In this document: one piece after another, positions 1 through 13,673 of the stretch
Layout: each line of letters opens with the position of its first letter
Position numbering within the stretch: position 1 is the stretch's first letter
Source: the human T2T-CHM13v2.0 reference genome, Homo sapiens
DNA: 64,000 nucleotides
NCBI RefSeq assembly: GCF_009914755.1
Contig: NC_060935.1
Direction: 5' to 3' (one strand)
Program-made: the position numbers and the translations under genes
Notes under the pieces: generated by a model
The model's database searches: none
What the model saw: the letters and a program-made list of their open reading frames with translations, nothing else
Told to the model about the DNA's origin: nothing

Positions 1-92
1 TCTTCATTTAAGTGTTTAATCATATAAAATATCTTAGAACTACTTTTGAAAATTCCATAAATTTTAGTATGTTGCTTTTATTTTTTGTCTCA

Positions 93-612
93 TGTATTAA
101 TTAGGGTTTTTCAGAGAAAAGGAACTAATAAGATATATATAGATATATAGAAGGAGATATGTTATGGTAATTGTCTTATGTTATTATGGAGGCCAGCAAG
201 TCCCACAATATGCCACCTGGAAGCTAGAGACAAAGGAAGGCTGGTGGTAAAATTCAGCCCAAATTTGAAAGCTTGAAAGTGTGCAGTGGGGAGGGCATTG
301 ATTTAAGTCCACACTCTGAAGGTCCAAGAACCCATCGTTCCAACGTCTGATGGCAAAGAAGATATATGTTCCAGCTCAAGAAGAGAGAGCAAATTTTTCC
401 CTTCCTCCACTTTGTTGTTCTATTCAGGTGGGCCTTCAGTGGATTGGATAATGGTGGCCCACATTTGTGAGGGCAGATTTTCTTTATTCAGTCTGTGGAT
501 TCAAATGCTAATTTCTTCCAGAATTATCCTCACACACACTTAAATAATGTTTCGCCACCTATCTAAGTATCCCTTAACCCAGTGAAGTTGACACATAAAA
601 TTAACCATCATA
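93..612 (-). mobile_element. MLT2-family (ERVL) solo LTR inserted in an old L1
   Basis: Begins tgtattaattagggttt..cagagaaa and ends gtgaagttgacacataaaattaaccatca, the reverse complement of the MLT2 LTR termini. Confidence 0.85.
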
Positions 613-2460
613 TGCCAAGATATTTTTTTATTAAAAATAAAAATTCTTCTTTCGCCAATTAGTTATTCAGCAGTGTGTTTTTAGTTTCCACATATTTGTG
701 AATTTTCCAATTTTTTCCTATTTTTGATTTCTAGCTTCATACTATTGTGGTTACCAAAGATACGTGATATAATTTCAATCTTTTAAAATCTGTTAAGACT
801 TTTCTCATGGATTAACACATGGTCTATCCTGGAGAATGTTCTGTGTGTGCTTGAAAAGATTCCTTTCTTCCTCTTGCTGCCTTCCATTGTGATTCATTAG
901 CTTTATATAGTGGTATGTATTGATTCCTTTCTCTTTCTCTTTTGTTTATCTACTACATTTTTCTCTTTACCATGAGAAAACACAAAGCATCTTATAGTTA
1001 TAATCATCTATATTAAGCTGATAAGAACTTAACTGTGATCTCATGGAAAAACACTATACTTTAAATTTTCCTCTATTTTATGTTACTGATGTCATAATTT
1101 ATATATTTTTGTATTGTGAATCTATTAACAAATTATTGTAGCTATTGTAGTTATTTTTAATACTTTCGTTCTTTAACTTTTACACTGCTACTACAGTATT
1201 AGAGTATTCTGTATTTGATAATATTCTTACCTTTCCAATGATAGTTATACTTTAATGTGTTTTCATGCTGTTAGAGTTCTTTTGTTTCAACTTGAAGAAC
1301 TACCGTTAGAATTTTTTGTAAGAAAGGTCTAGTGGTGATGAACTCCCTCAGCTTTTGTCTGGTAAAGTCCTCATGTCTCCTTTACTTCTGAAGAATAGCT
1401 TTACTAGGTCTAGAATTCTTAACTGGCAGGCTTTTTTCTTCAGAATTTTGAATATATCATGCCACTCTCTCCAAGCTTGCAAGATTTCTGCTGAGGAATC
1501 TACTGATAGTTTCATAATGGTTCCCTTGCATCTGGTGAGTCACTTCTGTCTTGCTGCTTCCAAAATTCTTTGTCTTTGACCATTGAGAATTTGATTATAA
1601 TGTGCTTCAGTGAAGATCTCTTTATGTTTAATCTATTAGGAGTTCTTTGGAATTCGTGGAGCTGGATGTTCATTTCCCTATCCAAATTTCGGAAGTTTTC
1701 TTTCATTATTTCTGTGTATAATCTTTCCATACCCATCCTCTTTTCTCTGCTTCTTCTAAAATTTCCTTAATGCATATATTGGTCTCCTTGATATAGCCCA
1801 TAGGTCCTACAGACTTTTTCACTCTTAGTCATTCTTTTATCTTTTTGTTCCTCTGACTGGGTAATTTCAAATGACTGTCCTCAAGCTCACTGATTATTTC
1901 TTTTGCTTAATCAAGTCTGCTATTGAAGTTCTCTATGGATTTTTTCTGATCAGCCATTCTGTTTTTCAGTTCCAGAATTTCTGTTTGGTTCTTTTTTATA
2001 GTTTCTCTTTGTTGAACTTCATATATTATTTTCCTGATTCCATTTAATTGTCTATATGTATTCTGTTGTACCTCACTGAGCTTCTTTAAGATGATCATTC
2101 TAAATTATTTGTTAGGTAGTTCATAGATCTCCATTTCTTTGGGTTGGTTATTGGACTTTATTTTTTTTTTCCCTTGGTGGTGGCATGTTTCCCTGATGAT
2201 TCATAATCCTTGTGACCTTGTGTTGGTGTCCGTGCACTTGAAGAAACAGACACCTTGTTCAATCGTTACAGGCCGGGTTAAGCAGGGAAAGCCCTTCACC
2301 AGTCTGCCCACCCTGAGATTCTGGGTGGGCTGCTGGCACAGTCAACAGGTGAGCTTGTTACTGAGGACTTTGGGCATTCTGGCCTGGTGTCTGGTTTCAT
2401 AGGGGTAGGTCTACAGCCTGAATTCATTGAGGTGGCTCTGGAGCTTGGGTCCACATGGAC
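613..2460 (-). mobile_element. Old L1M LINE, 5' part (5'UTR, ORF1 remnant, ORF2 endonuclease fragment)
   Basis: ORFs 1512-1736 (EIMKENFRNL..QRTPNRLNIKRSSLKHIIIKF) and 1907-2098 (coiled coil, EILELKN) resemble L1 ORF1p; 660-860 resembles antisense ORF2 endonuclease region. Confidence 0.85.
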
Positions 2461-3743
2461 AGGACTTGCGCCTTATTTACCTCCAAAAGAAGGAGTATAA
2501 GCCTATCCACATAGAAGTTCTTAAATTAGCTGCATTATATTTTTCAGTATGGTGGAAATTGATGAGTAAATAATCCTTTCTCCAAAAGAGTCCTCCAGTT
2601 TTGCTTTTTTATTTCAAAGATACTATTACATTTCAAACACCGATAGCATCCAAAGTGTATAGATTATGATTCCAATTCCTACTCACAAAAGGAATGGGAC
2701 AATAAGGGTATGGAGGTAGAGGGAAAATAGAAAAAAGGAATTGCTCTAACACTGAATAAAATAGATTTTAAGGGATTCCCCCCAAGAATTTCTTAGAACA
2801 TAGGATATAGAACTGACTGGGTAACATGAGTAGAAATATTTCTTCTCCTGTTGGCCTAACAAAGCAAGGCAGACTGGGATTTTCCAACAGGAACATTTAT
2901 TTAAAAAGTAAAAGACAAAATAAAATACAAGAGGATAAAGATAGATGGATTTACAGCACACAGACTTGTCAATGTAGTATATCCTATGTTTTCCCGTATG
3001 TATCAATCTAAGAATGAAAATGACATCTCCATTAAATAATTTGGGCACCAAACCTATGGAGAGGCACTTAAATATGCATCTCAGATCTTGATCTTTCAGC
3101 AATCCTACATGGTAAAATAGGGACTATTAACCTCAATCTCTAGTTACTCAGAGAATTTTAGGTCGTTTTCCAAAGGGCCTACAAAAAATGGTTAGGCTAG
3201 ATCTGGAAGCAGAACTCTTATGAATTCTCACCTTTCTGGTCATCAATTGTGAAAGAATTCTCTAGATCTTAAGTTTCTTACGTACCATGAAAATTTATAC
3301 CCATATGGTGAGCACGGAGCCTAGAGGAGAGATTGAGCAACCTTTAGGAAAAGTGTTTGAAGAGGTCAAAAGTTATATAAAAGTGCAAGATATGTACACT
3401 AGAGGGTACCAACTTTCCTAGGAAAACATAAATTGTGAAAGGGTAGTTTTCACATTATTGGGTATAAAGTGTTTAAATAAAAACTCTGATCTAAGGAAGC
3501 ATGGCAGAACATAGTGGCATTGCTCAGAAATCACTATGGTTTCCACATCTTCAAAGCAAGGAGGATTTCATTTTCAGCTCACTCTCTGAGCTAAAATCTC
3601 TCTGAAACATATCTTCTTTCCTGTGACTAAAACATGACCTAGGATAAGGAAGAATAAGCAGCCTATGAAAAGAGGGCACAGAATCTATAAATTACCTTGG
3701 GCAGTATGGCCATTTTCACAATATTGATTCTTCCTATCCATGA

Positions 3744-5048
<1,305 letters not shown>

Positions 5049-5252
5049 ACAATGAGAACACTTGGACACAGAAAAGGGAACATCACACACTGGGGCCTGT
5101 TGTGGGGTAGGGGAAGTGGGGAGGGATAGCATTACGAGATATACCTAATGCAAATGACGAGTTAATGGGTGCAGCACACCAACATGGCACATGTATACAT
5201 ATGTAACAAACCTGCACGTTGTGCACATGTACCCTAGAACTTAAAGTATAAT

Positions 5253-5255
<3 letters not shown>

Positions 5256-5292
<37 letters not shown>
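5256..5292. repeat. (TA)n microsatellite in the L1 tail
   Basis: Direct read. Confidence 0.97.
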
Positions 5293-5297
<5 letters not shown>

Positions 5298-6725
5298 AAA
5301 GAGAGCACAGAACCCTCACATTATATATCAGAGCTGCAGGACCCAGATTCTCAGAGAAGCCATTTTCATGGTTATAAGTAACCTGAAGACCCATTCTGCA
5401 GACTACATTGAAAAAAAAGTAAAGCAACACTTAGTGAAGATGCCACTAAAGATGGCATTTTCAACCCATTATTTCCCTTTGTCATCACAAATAATTTAAT
5501 ACAGTGAGTGTGGACATTCAACTCAGCCATTGTAAAGCAATTTTCGGAAAGATCTTTGTCCACATCTGACAAGGGGTGTGAAAGTGGGTCAATGCCCCTT
5601 TTGAAGTAGGAATATCAGCAACAATAATCCAAACAAAGAAACCCCTAATGGATGTAAAATCAGCACAGAGGGTCTGGCAGCCTACCAGGAAATTGTCCTC
5701 CCAAAGCAAAATTTTGAGACTACTGAATTGCATTTCTTAAGGATGGCAGTTTCTCTTTATACTCTAGTTTCAAGAATAAAACTTTTTGCAAGATTGGATT
5801 ACTTGGGATCGAATAATCTGATAACATTTCAGACTGTTTAATGTAAAATTAGGCTCTACATCATATGTACAAAGCTCAGTGCATTAATTATAAGAATAGT
5901 GTGTGTCTCTGGCCCTGACATAGGAACTCATGGAAAGAGAGGGCAGGATGAGAGGGAGAATAATAACTCACATACTCTCTCACACACGCAAACACACAAC
6001 CAGAGAGCTGCTAGAGTAGTCCTGGACTGAGGTCAAAATGTATGGGGTGTCCAGTAGGGAAAGCAGAGACACTAACACAACCCTGAGTCATAGAACTGAT
6101 CAAACAAAAGGATCAAGAATACAAAGTTCATCTTAGTCCAAACAAATCAAGCCCTGGGAAGCTACTCTGGAGGCTACAGGACAAGCCCATCCTAGAGGAA
6201 GCTTTGAGAAAAGGAAATTAACCAATATGTGGTATTGGCTTACTATGTTTTACCCATTGTGCTGGGCAGTACCACATACTGGAGAAATTTACCACTAAGC
6301 CCTCCACAACCCCCTTTGTCAGCTGTCTTTCTACTGCCTTCTAAGCATCCCCCAACCACCAACAGTTGGGGCCCCCAGGCAGTTTCCTGATGGATTCCAC
6401 TTGCTCTCCCCAGAAAAGTTTACCCAGGAAGCTTTCCTGATCTTTTCCTCCTTCCCTCCTCCAATGTCCTTTCCCTCAAGGTCTTGCTAGGTGACAGCTA
6501 ATCTCAGCAAGAATCTGATGGATTTTAATGTATTATTGAGTTTCCCTTCCCAGACTACCCTTGAAAACACCTTGACCTGCCAGGAGGTTTCAGGGCCTTT
6601 ACTTCTAAGAGAATTTTTGTCCTAATAATAAATCAAGAATTAGAAGAATGTAGCTGCTCAAATAAATCTAAATCACCTAGGATTAAAACCTGGGAGGCCC
6701 TGAGGTGTTTTTGGTTGTTTGCTAA

Positions 6726-7050
6726 TTTCAACTTTTATTTTAGATATAAGAGGTCGACGTGCAGCCTTGTTATATGGGAATACTGCATGATGCTAAAGAT
6801 TAGAGTACAGATTCCATCACCCAAGCACCCAAGTGGTGAGCATAGTGCGCAATAGGTAGTTTTTCAACCCATCCTACCCTTCCTCCTCTGACTAGTAGTC
6901 CACAGTGTTTATTTTTCCCATGTTTATGTCCCTGTGTGCTGAATGTTTAGTTCCCACCTTTAAGTAAGAATATGTGATATTAAGTTATCTGTTCCTACAT
7001 TAATTTCCTTAGGATTATGGCCTGCAACTGCATCTGTGTTGTTGCAAAGG
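6726..7050 (-). mobile_element. L1PB-like 3' end fragment
   Basis: ttcaacttttattttagat..ccatcacccaag..gttcccaccttaagtaagaatatgtg resembles an antisense L1PB 3'UTR. Confidence 0.8.
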
Positions 7051-8866
7051 TTTTTTTTTTTTCAACATGATTTTAAAAAAAGGGGAGGCCATTAGAAATA
7101 TTAGCCTCACTTAACACTGGATTCCCAATCTACCTTGGGAACCCTCTGCCCTCCTCTCCTCTCCAGCCTTTGGCTCGTTCTCTTCATGTTCCAGTCTCCT
7201 CAGTAGTGATTTTGTTTTTGTTTTGCTTTTATCTTTGTGTTCGCAAAAACAAAACAAACACCACCACAAAAGTTCATAGGAATATGTTTGTTTTACAAAG
7301 TTTACCTTCTTGCAAACATGAGAGGGCAAAAGAGTCAATCAAACATAAAGATATCAGTTAGGAATCTGTCCTTGTGCAGGTAGAAGTGTAGTTTAGAATT
7401 TTAATCACTGATACAAGCAGGATTTGCCTAGCCTTCTTAAGATAATACTCTATAGTATACCAAGCTTGTTGAGGATTAAATTAGAAGGTAGCTAGTTATC
7501 TACTGAGATTTTCCTTTATGTAAAAGATGTGAGATGCCTTTTAGGAAATGCCAAGATATACAGGTGCTTCTTTGAGGCAAAGACTGACTTTTTTAGAGTG
7601 AGAATGTTTTTGAAAATCTATTCCAACAAAATAATAGTTAAGATCCTGAAATCATTGGCTATAAAATGTTATATTCACACAGCCCCAAGGATACCAGTTC
7701 TAAAGAGGAGTTAACCTAGAAAGTAACAAGAAGAAGCAAGCTTGCAATTTGCCTTCCAGAGGAAGGTGAGAAAGTAAAGTGATGAAGCCAAGACTAAGAG
7801 CTGTCCCAGATCAATCACTTGCTCAACTTTCTGGCCCACATAATCCCCTGAGATTGCAGGAGAGGAAATGAAGAGCCCTAAGAATCAGGAAGCATGATCA
7901 AAAGCAAAAAAAAGATCTGTGTAGGGATGAAGAAATAGGACAAATGTTATTTTATTTTTACTCCCTTCTAGAAGGAGTGACCCAATCTGGGAGATGTGGT
8001 TTTTCTGATCTGAAATTATGCAATATCCCACTATCAGATTTATCATCCTCAAGAAAAATTCTGATCATGTCACACATAAAGCAAGGAGGCGTCCACTAGA
8101 TTCCAGGCTATATAACTCATGTCCTTCTAATTACATTTGGAACAATCCATCTTCCCCAAATTCTATCACATTTCATATTCACTGGGGAATGACATGAAAA
8201 AAAACCAGCGGAATTAAGGAAATGTGGATAATATTTGTGAGACTAAATATCCCAGGCACTAATTCAAGAATTCTCACTGGCTATTTACCAAATCTTTCGC
8301 CCTACTAAGTTTCACCTGAAATTCTATATCTAAGAAAAATGGAATCCTGCTATACTCCAGAAACACTAATTCCTAAGGTATCTTGTCTGATTTTGGGATT
8401 CTCAACCTTTTGAAACTCAGTGCTCCCCTTGTAAAGGAAATACTCTCTAGAGCCCCCTTAACTCCCCAGACATAAAATTCAAAGATAATCTAGCTACATA
8501 CATAATTCAAAGGTAAATTTAAAAAGAAGTAATATATAACAAAATAATACGTTTTTAATATTTAAAAGTCACTTGAGACATGGTACAAATCCTTGCTGTG
8601 AGAACTCTTCCACACAGTGAAGACTATCTGATGTCCCGGCTGAGAGCTCTACAACGCCAATGACCCTTCTCTTCTATCATTGTGACAAACAAATCCTCCT
8701 CAGTGAATTTCCAAAAAGCCCCTACCAGCCCCATGGAGAACTACTTAGCCAGCTGAGTTGCACAGAACCATCAGTAACAACAGCATACACTTGGAGGTCA
8801 ACTCTTTCATCCTTGGACAGAAGCCCATTCTGCAAGGAAAGGCACTCAACATCATCCAACAGCTAG

Positions 8867-9179
<313 letters not shown>

Positions 9180-9614
9180 TTCTCTAACTTTTAAACTGGT
9201 TGTGTCCCTTAGTTATCTCTGAATACAAGTTTTAAAAGTAGTGTCAATAGTAAATGAAAATTTCAGGATGAAAAGTATAACTTCGTCCAGTAAAAACTGT
9301 TGAATTGATGACACCAAACATCTTTATATTTTCAAATACAGACCTTTCGTCATATATCTACATAATGGACAGCCACTTAACATGCAGATAATTGAATGAT
9401 TTTTCATCTAGATTTTTTTCAAGTTTGCTAGAGTAGAGTGGAAGTGTATGTCTGATGCTGGTCAGTATACAGCTGATCCTAGAATAGAGGGCCCTCCTAC
9501 CAATGGAAAAGGATTGCTTCTGTAGGAAGAATTTTGAATTTTCATAACATTTTCTGAACACCTATTCCCCACACAATCTTCCATTCTTTAGAGATATGTT
9601 ACATTTCCAAATGG

Positions 9615-9810
9615 CATTTATTCATGTATTCTTTTATTCGTTCTTCAAAACATTACAGGATGCTCCTTATAAATCATTCACTGTTTGAGTCACACAAAAA
9701 TTAATAAAAGGGCCTCTGCCCTCAGGAGGCTTACACTCTTAGAGGTCAGATGTGAAAAATAATCACAACACATACAATGCTTCAATAATACACTTATATG
9801 CTAAGTTCAG
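9615..9810 (-). mobile_element. L2 3' end fragment
   Basis: ttattcatgtattc..cctctgccctcaggaggcttacactc, typical of an antisense L2 end. Confidence 0.55.
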
Positions 9811-9824
9811 TATTAACAAGAGGT

Positions 9825-10060
9825 AGCCTAGGATAAAGGTTTTGGAGTCAGGTTGCCAGGGTCAAATCCGTCTTTCTATTTATTTACTTTGTGACCTTAG
9901 GCAAGTTACTTAACCTTTCTGTACCTCATTTTCCTTGGCTATAAAATGGGAATAATAGTACTGCCAATAACTGTATCTACTTCATAGGGCAATTTTGAGA
10001 ATTAAAAAATCCAATATATGGAACTTATTTAGACTGCACTCATTAAGTGCCTACTGTTGT
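9825..10060 (+). mobile_element. MIR SINE
   Basis: MIR core tgtgaccttaggcaagttacttaacct..tataaaatgggaataatagta. Confidence 0.85.
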
Positions 10061-10349
10061 TTACGTTGTTATAATAGATGCAGAAAGAAAGGATTTTATT
10101 TTAACACACTGAGTAGCAAAGGCTTTTCTGGAAGTTTGGCTCCAGTTTTCCAAAATAATGTTATCTTCTCCTCAACTCCTTTGCCAGTTACCAAGTTTTC
10201 TTGGCAAGACCAAAAGTCCATTTAAAGATGGGGAAACAATATTAGCCTCTAACAAAAAAGTAGTTAAATAAATTAAGAGACTTTTCATTTTTGTTCACCA
10301 CTGTGCTTCAGGACTAGCAGAAGACCTGATACATAATAAGAACTAATAA

Positions 10350-10670
10350 TTACTTAATTAATAAATGACTAGATCAATGGAATATTATTTAGCCATTAAA
10401 AAGACATATCCTTATTTATTGATGTAAAAAATCCAGCAAGTATTAAGTGAAAATAGTCACAAATGGAAGAATATGGAAGATCCCCTTTTTGTCTTTAACA
10501 GTTTACCTAGAATGTATATGCACAAATTCTGAGAAGTAGACCAAGATGGTAACAGTGTTTGTTTCTTAGTAATGAGATTATGGTCGAGTTTTGCTTCACT
10601 CTTTGGAAATTACTGAATTTCACTATATCTTTGTGCAATATGTATGTGCTACTTTTACAAACAGAAAAAC
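10350..10670 (+). mobile_element. Old L1ME-like 3' fragment
   Basis: aatggaatattatttagccattaaaa..ttaagtgaaaa L1 3'UTR motifs. Confidence 0.55.
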
Positions 10671-12154
10671 GGTAATAACACTTAATGGGACACTAATGAG
10701 TAGCTAAATGGTCAAAGGTAAAGAGAAAAAACAGTAATAAATGGTACAAATTATTCATTGACAAAAAGGTCATTGACCTAGTCCAGAATTGGCTATTACA
10801 AAAATAAGCTTTTGAAAATTATACTGAAATTATATATTGTTCACATATTTGCTTTGTCAGTAGCTAATTTTCACTCTACCTTCCTTAAAAGCTGGTCTTA
10901 CTACTGTAATCTCACTATCCAGAATTTATTATTTCTGGTCCATAATAATTGACCATTTCCAACTGATTATCCATTCTATCTTCACTTAAAAACAGAATAT
11001 TAAAGTCTGAATTTTTGTATCCCTTGCAATTACTTCTCTGTGTATTTTGGAGCTTCCCTGTAATGTGAGTCAATTTATATCTTTATCCTTATTTACAGTG
11101 AAAGAAGCATGAATTAACTAAGTTCAAGGGCTTTCTGGCAGTGCAATGGTTAAAATTCCTAGGGTTTGCTGCCTCTTTCTAGCAAATGAAAACTAATTCA
11201 TGACTTAATTTGTAGGTTGGGAGTAAAGCATAATTACTAGGAAATGACAAGTCAACTATGAAGAAGCAGGTGAATCTGCATTTGAACAACTCTTCTATTA
11301 GAAGTTGCATGTACAGTATATAAAAGAAGGCTGGATTTAACTCTGGGTTACCGGCCTCTTGAACACTGCAGTAAAAGAGTGAACTAGAACATTCAAGGAA
11401 GATGCATTTTCTCTGTAAAAATTAGCATCTTAACTAAAATTTTCAGTGCACTGTGCCACACGAGGACAGCTTGATGGAGCAACAAATGCTGCTCTCCGTA
11501 TGTCAGCAGAAGCAGTGTTTTGACAGTTCATGGCATATTTTTGCAGGTCTACTGAGACCTCCGGGACTGTACTAAAGGAAGGATTTAGTCTTGTTTCTAT
11601 GGAAACCATAACTACTCTGTAAGCCTGTTAAACAAGACAGTTTGCAATATGGTATCTTATTCAAGATGAATAGTCTTTGTAATATATCATTGATAAATTT
11701 TTCTATCTAGATTTCAACATCTGCCTGAGAAAATTCTAAATCTTTGATGACTCCACAAGAAAAACATCAGCCAGCCACAGTGCAAACAAGCTCTATTGCA
11801 ATCTGGTTCATGTGCTGGGAAATAAAAATGGTTTCTACCTTAACGAAAAAAAGAAAAGGAATTCAGCCTAGAACACAGGAATACAGGAATGACATTTTCA
11901 CTTTGAACAACTGACAAGAAGCTAGCATTACCTTAACTAGCTTTTATTTGCATTTCTTTTAATTTTTCACTTTTCTTCACGACAAAGAGATTGGTGGTTT
12001 TAAAAATAAATTGGTTTAAGGCTTAAGAAACAGAAAATGTGTGTTATCTCCTCTGTCTACTAGCTTTGAATATTTATGCACATGCACTAGACTATAACTT
12101 TTGTTATTGTTCACCAGCGCTTACCACAACATCCAGCATAGAAGATAAAAAGCA

Positions 12155-12430
12155 GTAATAATATTATAACAATATCAACCACCATTTGTAGCAACAGCTT
12201 TGCTACAGATATTGTGGTTAGTGCCTTACATGAATTATCTTATTTAATTCTCACTACAGCCCTATGGGTAGATACTTTGATTAGCCCCGATGCACAGATA
12301 AGAAAATTGAAGATTAGTGAGCCTAGGAAACTTGGCCATTTTCACACAGATAGTAAAATAGCAGAAATGGAATTGAAAGTTGATCTGATTCCAAACCTTG
12401 TCTTCTTGACACTATCCTATTCTGTATATT
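12155..12430 (-). mobile_element. MIR SINE
   Basis: atcttatttaattctcactacagccctatgggtagatact..acagataagaaaattgaag antisense core. Confidence 0.75.
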
Positions 12431-13415
12431 GTTAGGTGAGTTAATAATTAACAATACAACTTCTCTGAGCCTTCTCTAAAACAAATGGGGATGGACCCTA
12501 CCTCATAAGAGGTTTATATTGATTCTGTGGTTTACTTTATAAGCAATAAAGAACCATACAAATTTTAACACTGATAATAATTATCAGTGTTATTATTATT
12601 GGCTCTTTGCTTTTACAGGCTAGACATGATCTTCATACAACAAAAGAATCATGTTTGAACTTCTATTTTTTGCATGTGGGTAAGTTTATTTTAATACTGC
12701 TGTCTTAAGAGCATCACATAGACAGTGATTGCAAAGAAACATGCATGTGAGTAAGTTAGACATTAGCCCTAATGGAAAAATAGTTGTTTTATATATTATT
12801 TGGTCTTATCTCTGTACCAACTGCCTGCAGATCTGAAGACTGGAAAGAGTCTTCATAAAACTGTAGAGCATCTTTTCATCAGAGCTGGTTATCACATCAA
12901 GACAAAGTGGGACCAAACTGCTACTGTGCTTATTGTGGAAGAACTGGTTTTCTGCTGATTGCAAAAGCTCAGGACAGAGCTGTGGAAAGTAGTGAGGCAG
13001 CCACGAGTACTTATGCAACATTGGTTCATTAGTTGATGACATGGCTGATGATGACATGTAGCCTTGCACACACAGGTGTTTGAGTGCTACAGTCTGCCCT
13101 TTATTTCTGGTAACAGTTGCTTCTTGTAAGAGCTGTCATTACTGACAGATTTTCATGCTGTGAGGGTCAACATACAGCTCTTGGGGTGGAACCAGAGGGC
13201 CAAAGACCCCAACAGCTCCACCTCACTCTTGCTGAGCTGCATAGAGCTGTGACCAGCAGAAACACGGGGACAGGTGGTGCAGGAGGCAGTCAACCAGATC
13301 GAGCTGCAAGTTCCAATGCCACCATGAACTCATTGTATTGTCTTAGACTAACTAATCGTTGTACATTTTGATACCCTCATTTGTAAAGTAGAAAATAATA
13401 ATACCTGTATTGGCA

Positions 13416-13448
13416 AAAAAAAAAAAAAAAAGAAGAAGAAGAAGAAGA
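13416..13448. repeat. polyA-(GAA)n simple repeat
   Basis: Direct read. Confidence 0.9.
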
Positions 13449-13673
13449 TAGTGCCAGGAGTGGTATGGAGAAAGAATTCATTGAATGCTGGCTGTCACTA
13501 TTTTAAAACCTCAAATTAGTATCTTTATTTCTTTAATTGAATCTTTACCTTTGCAAATAGACACATTCTGGGTTGGGAGGACTAGAATGTACATAAATAA
13601 ATGAAATATTTTGAAATAGTTTTTAAATGCTGCTTGTTATTTTTTCACCTTTGCCCTATCCTACATCCTCTTA

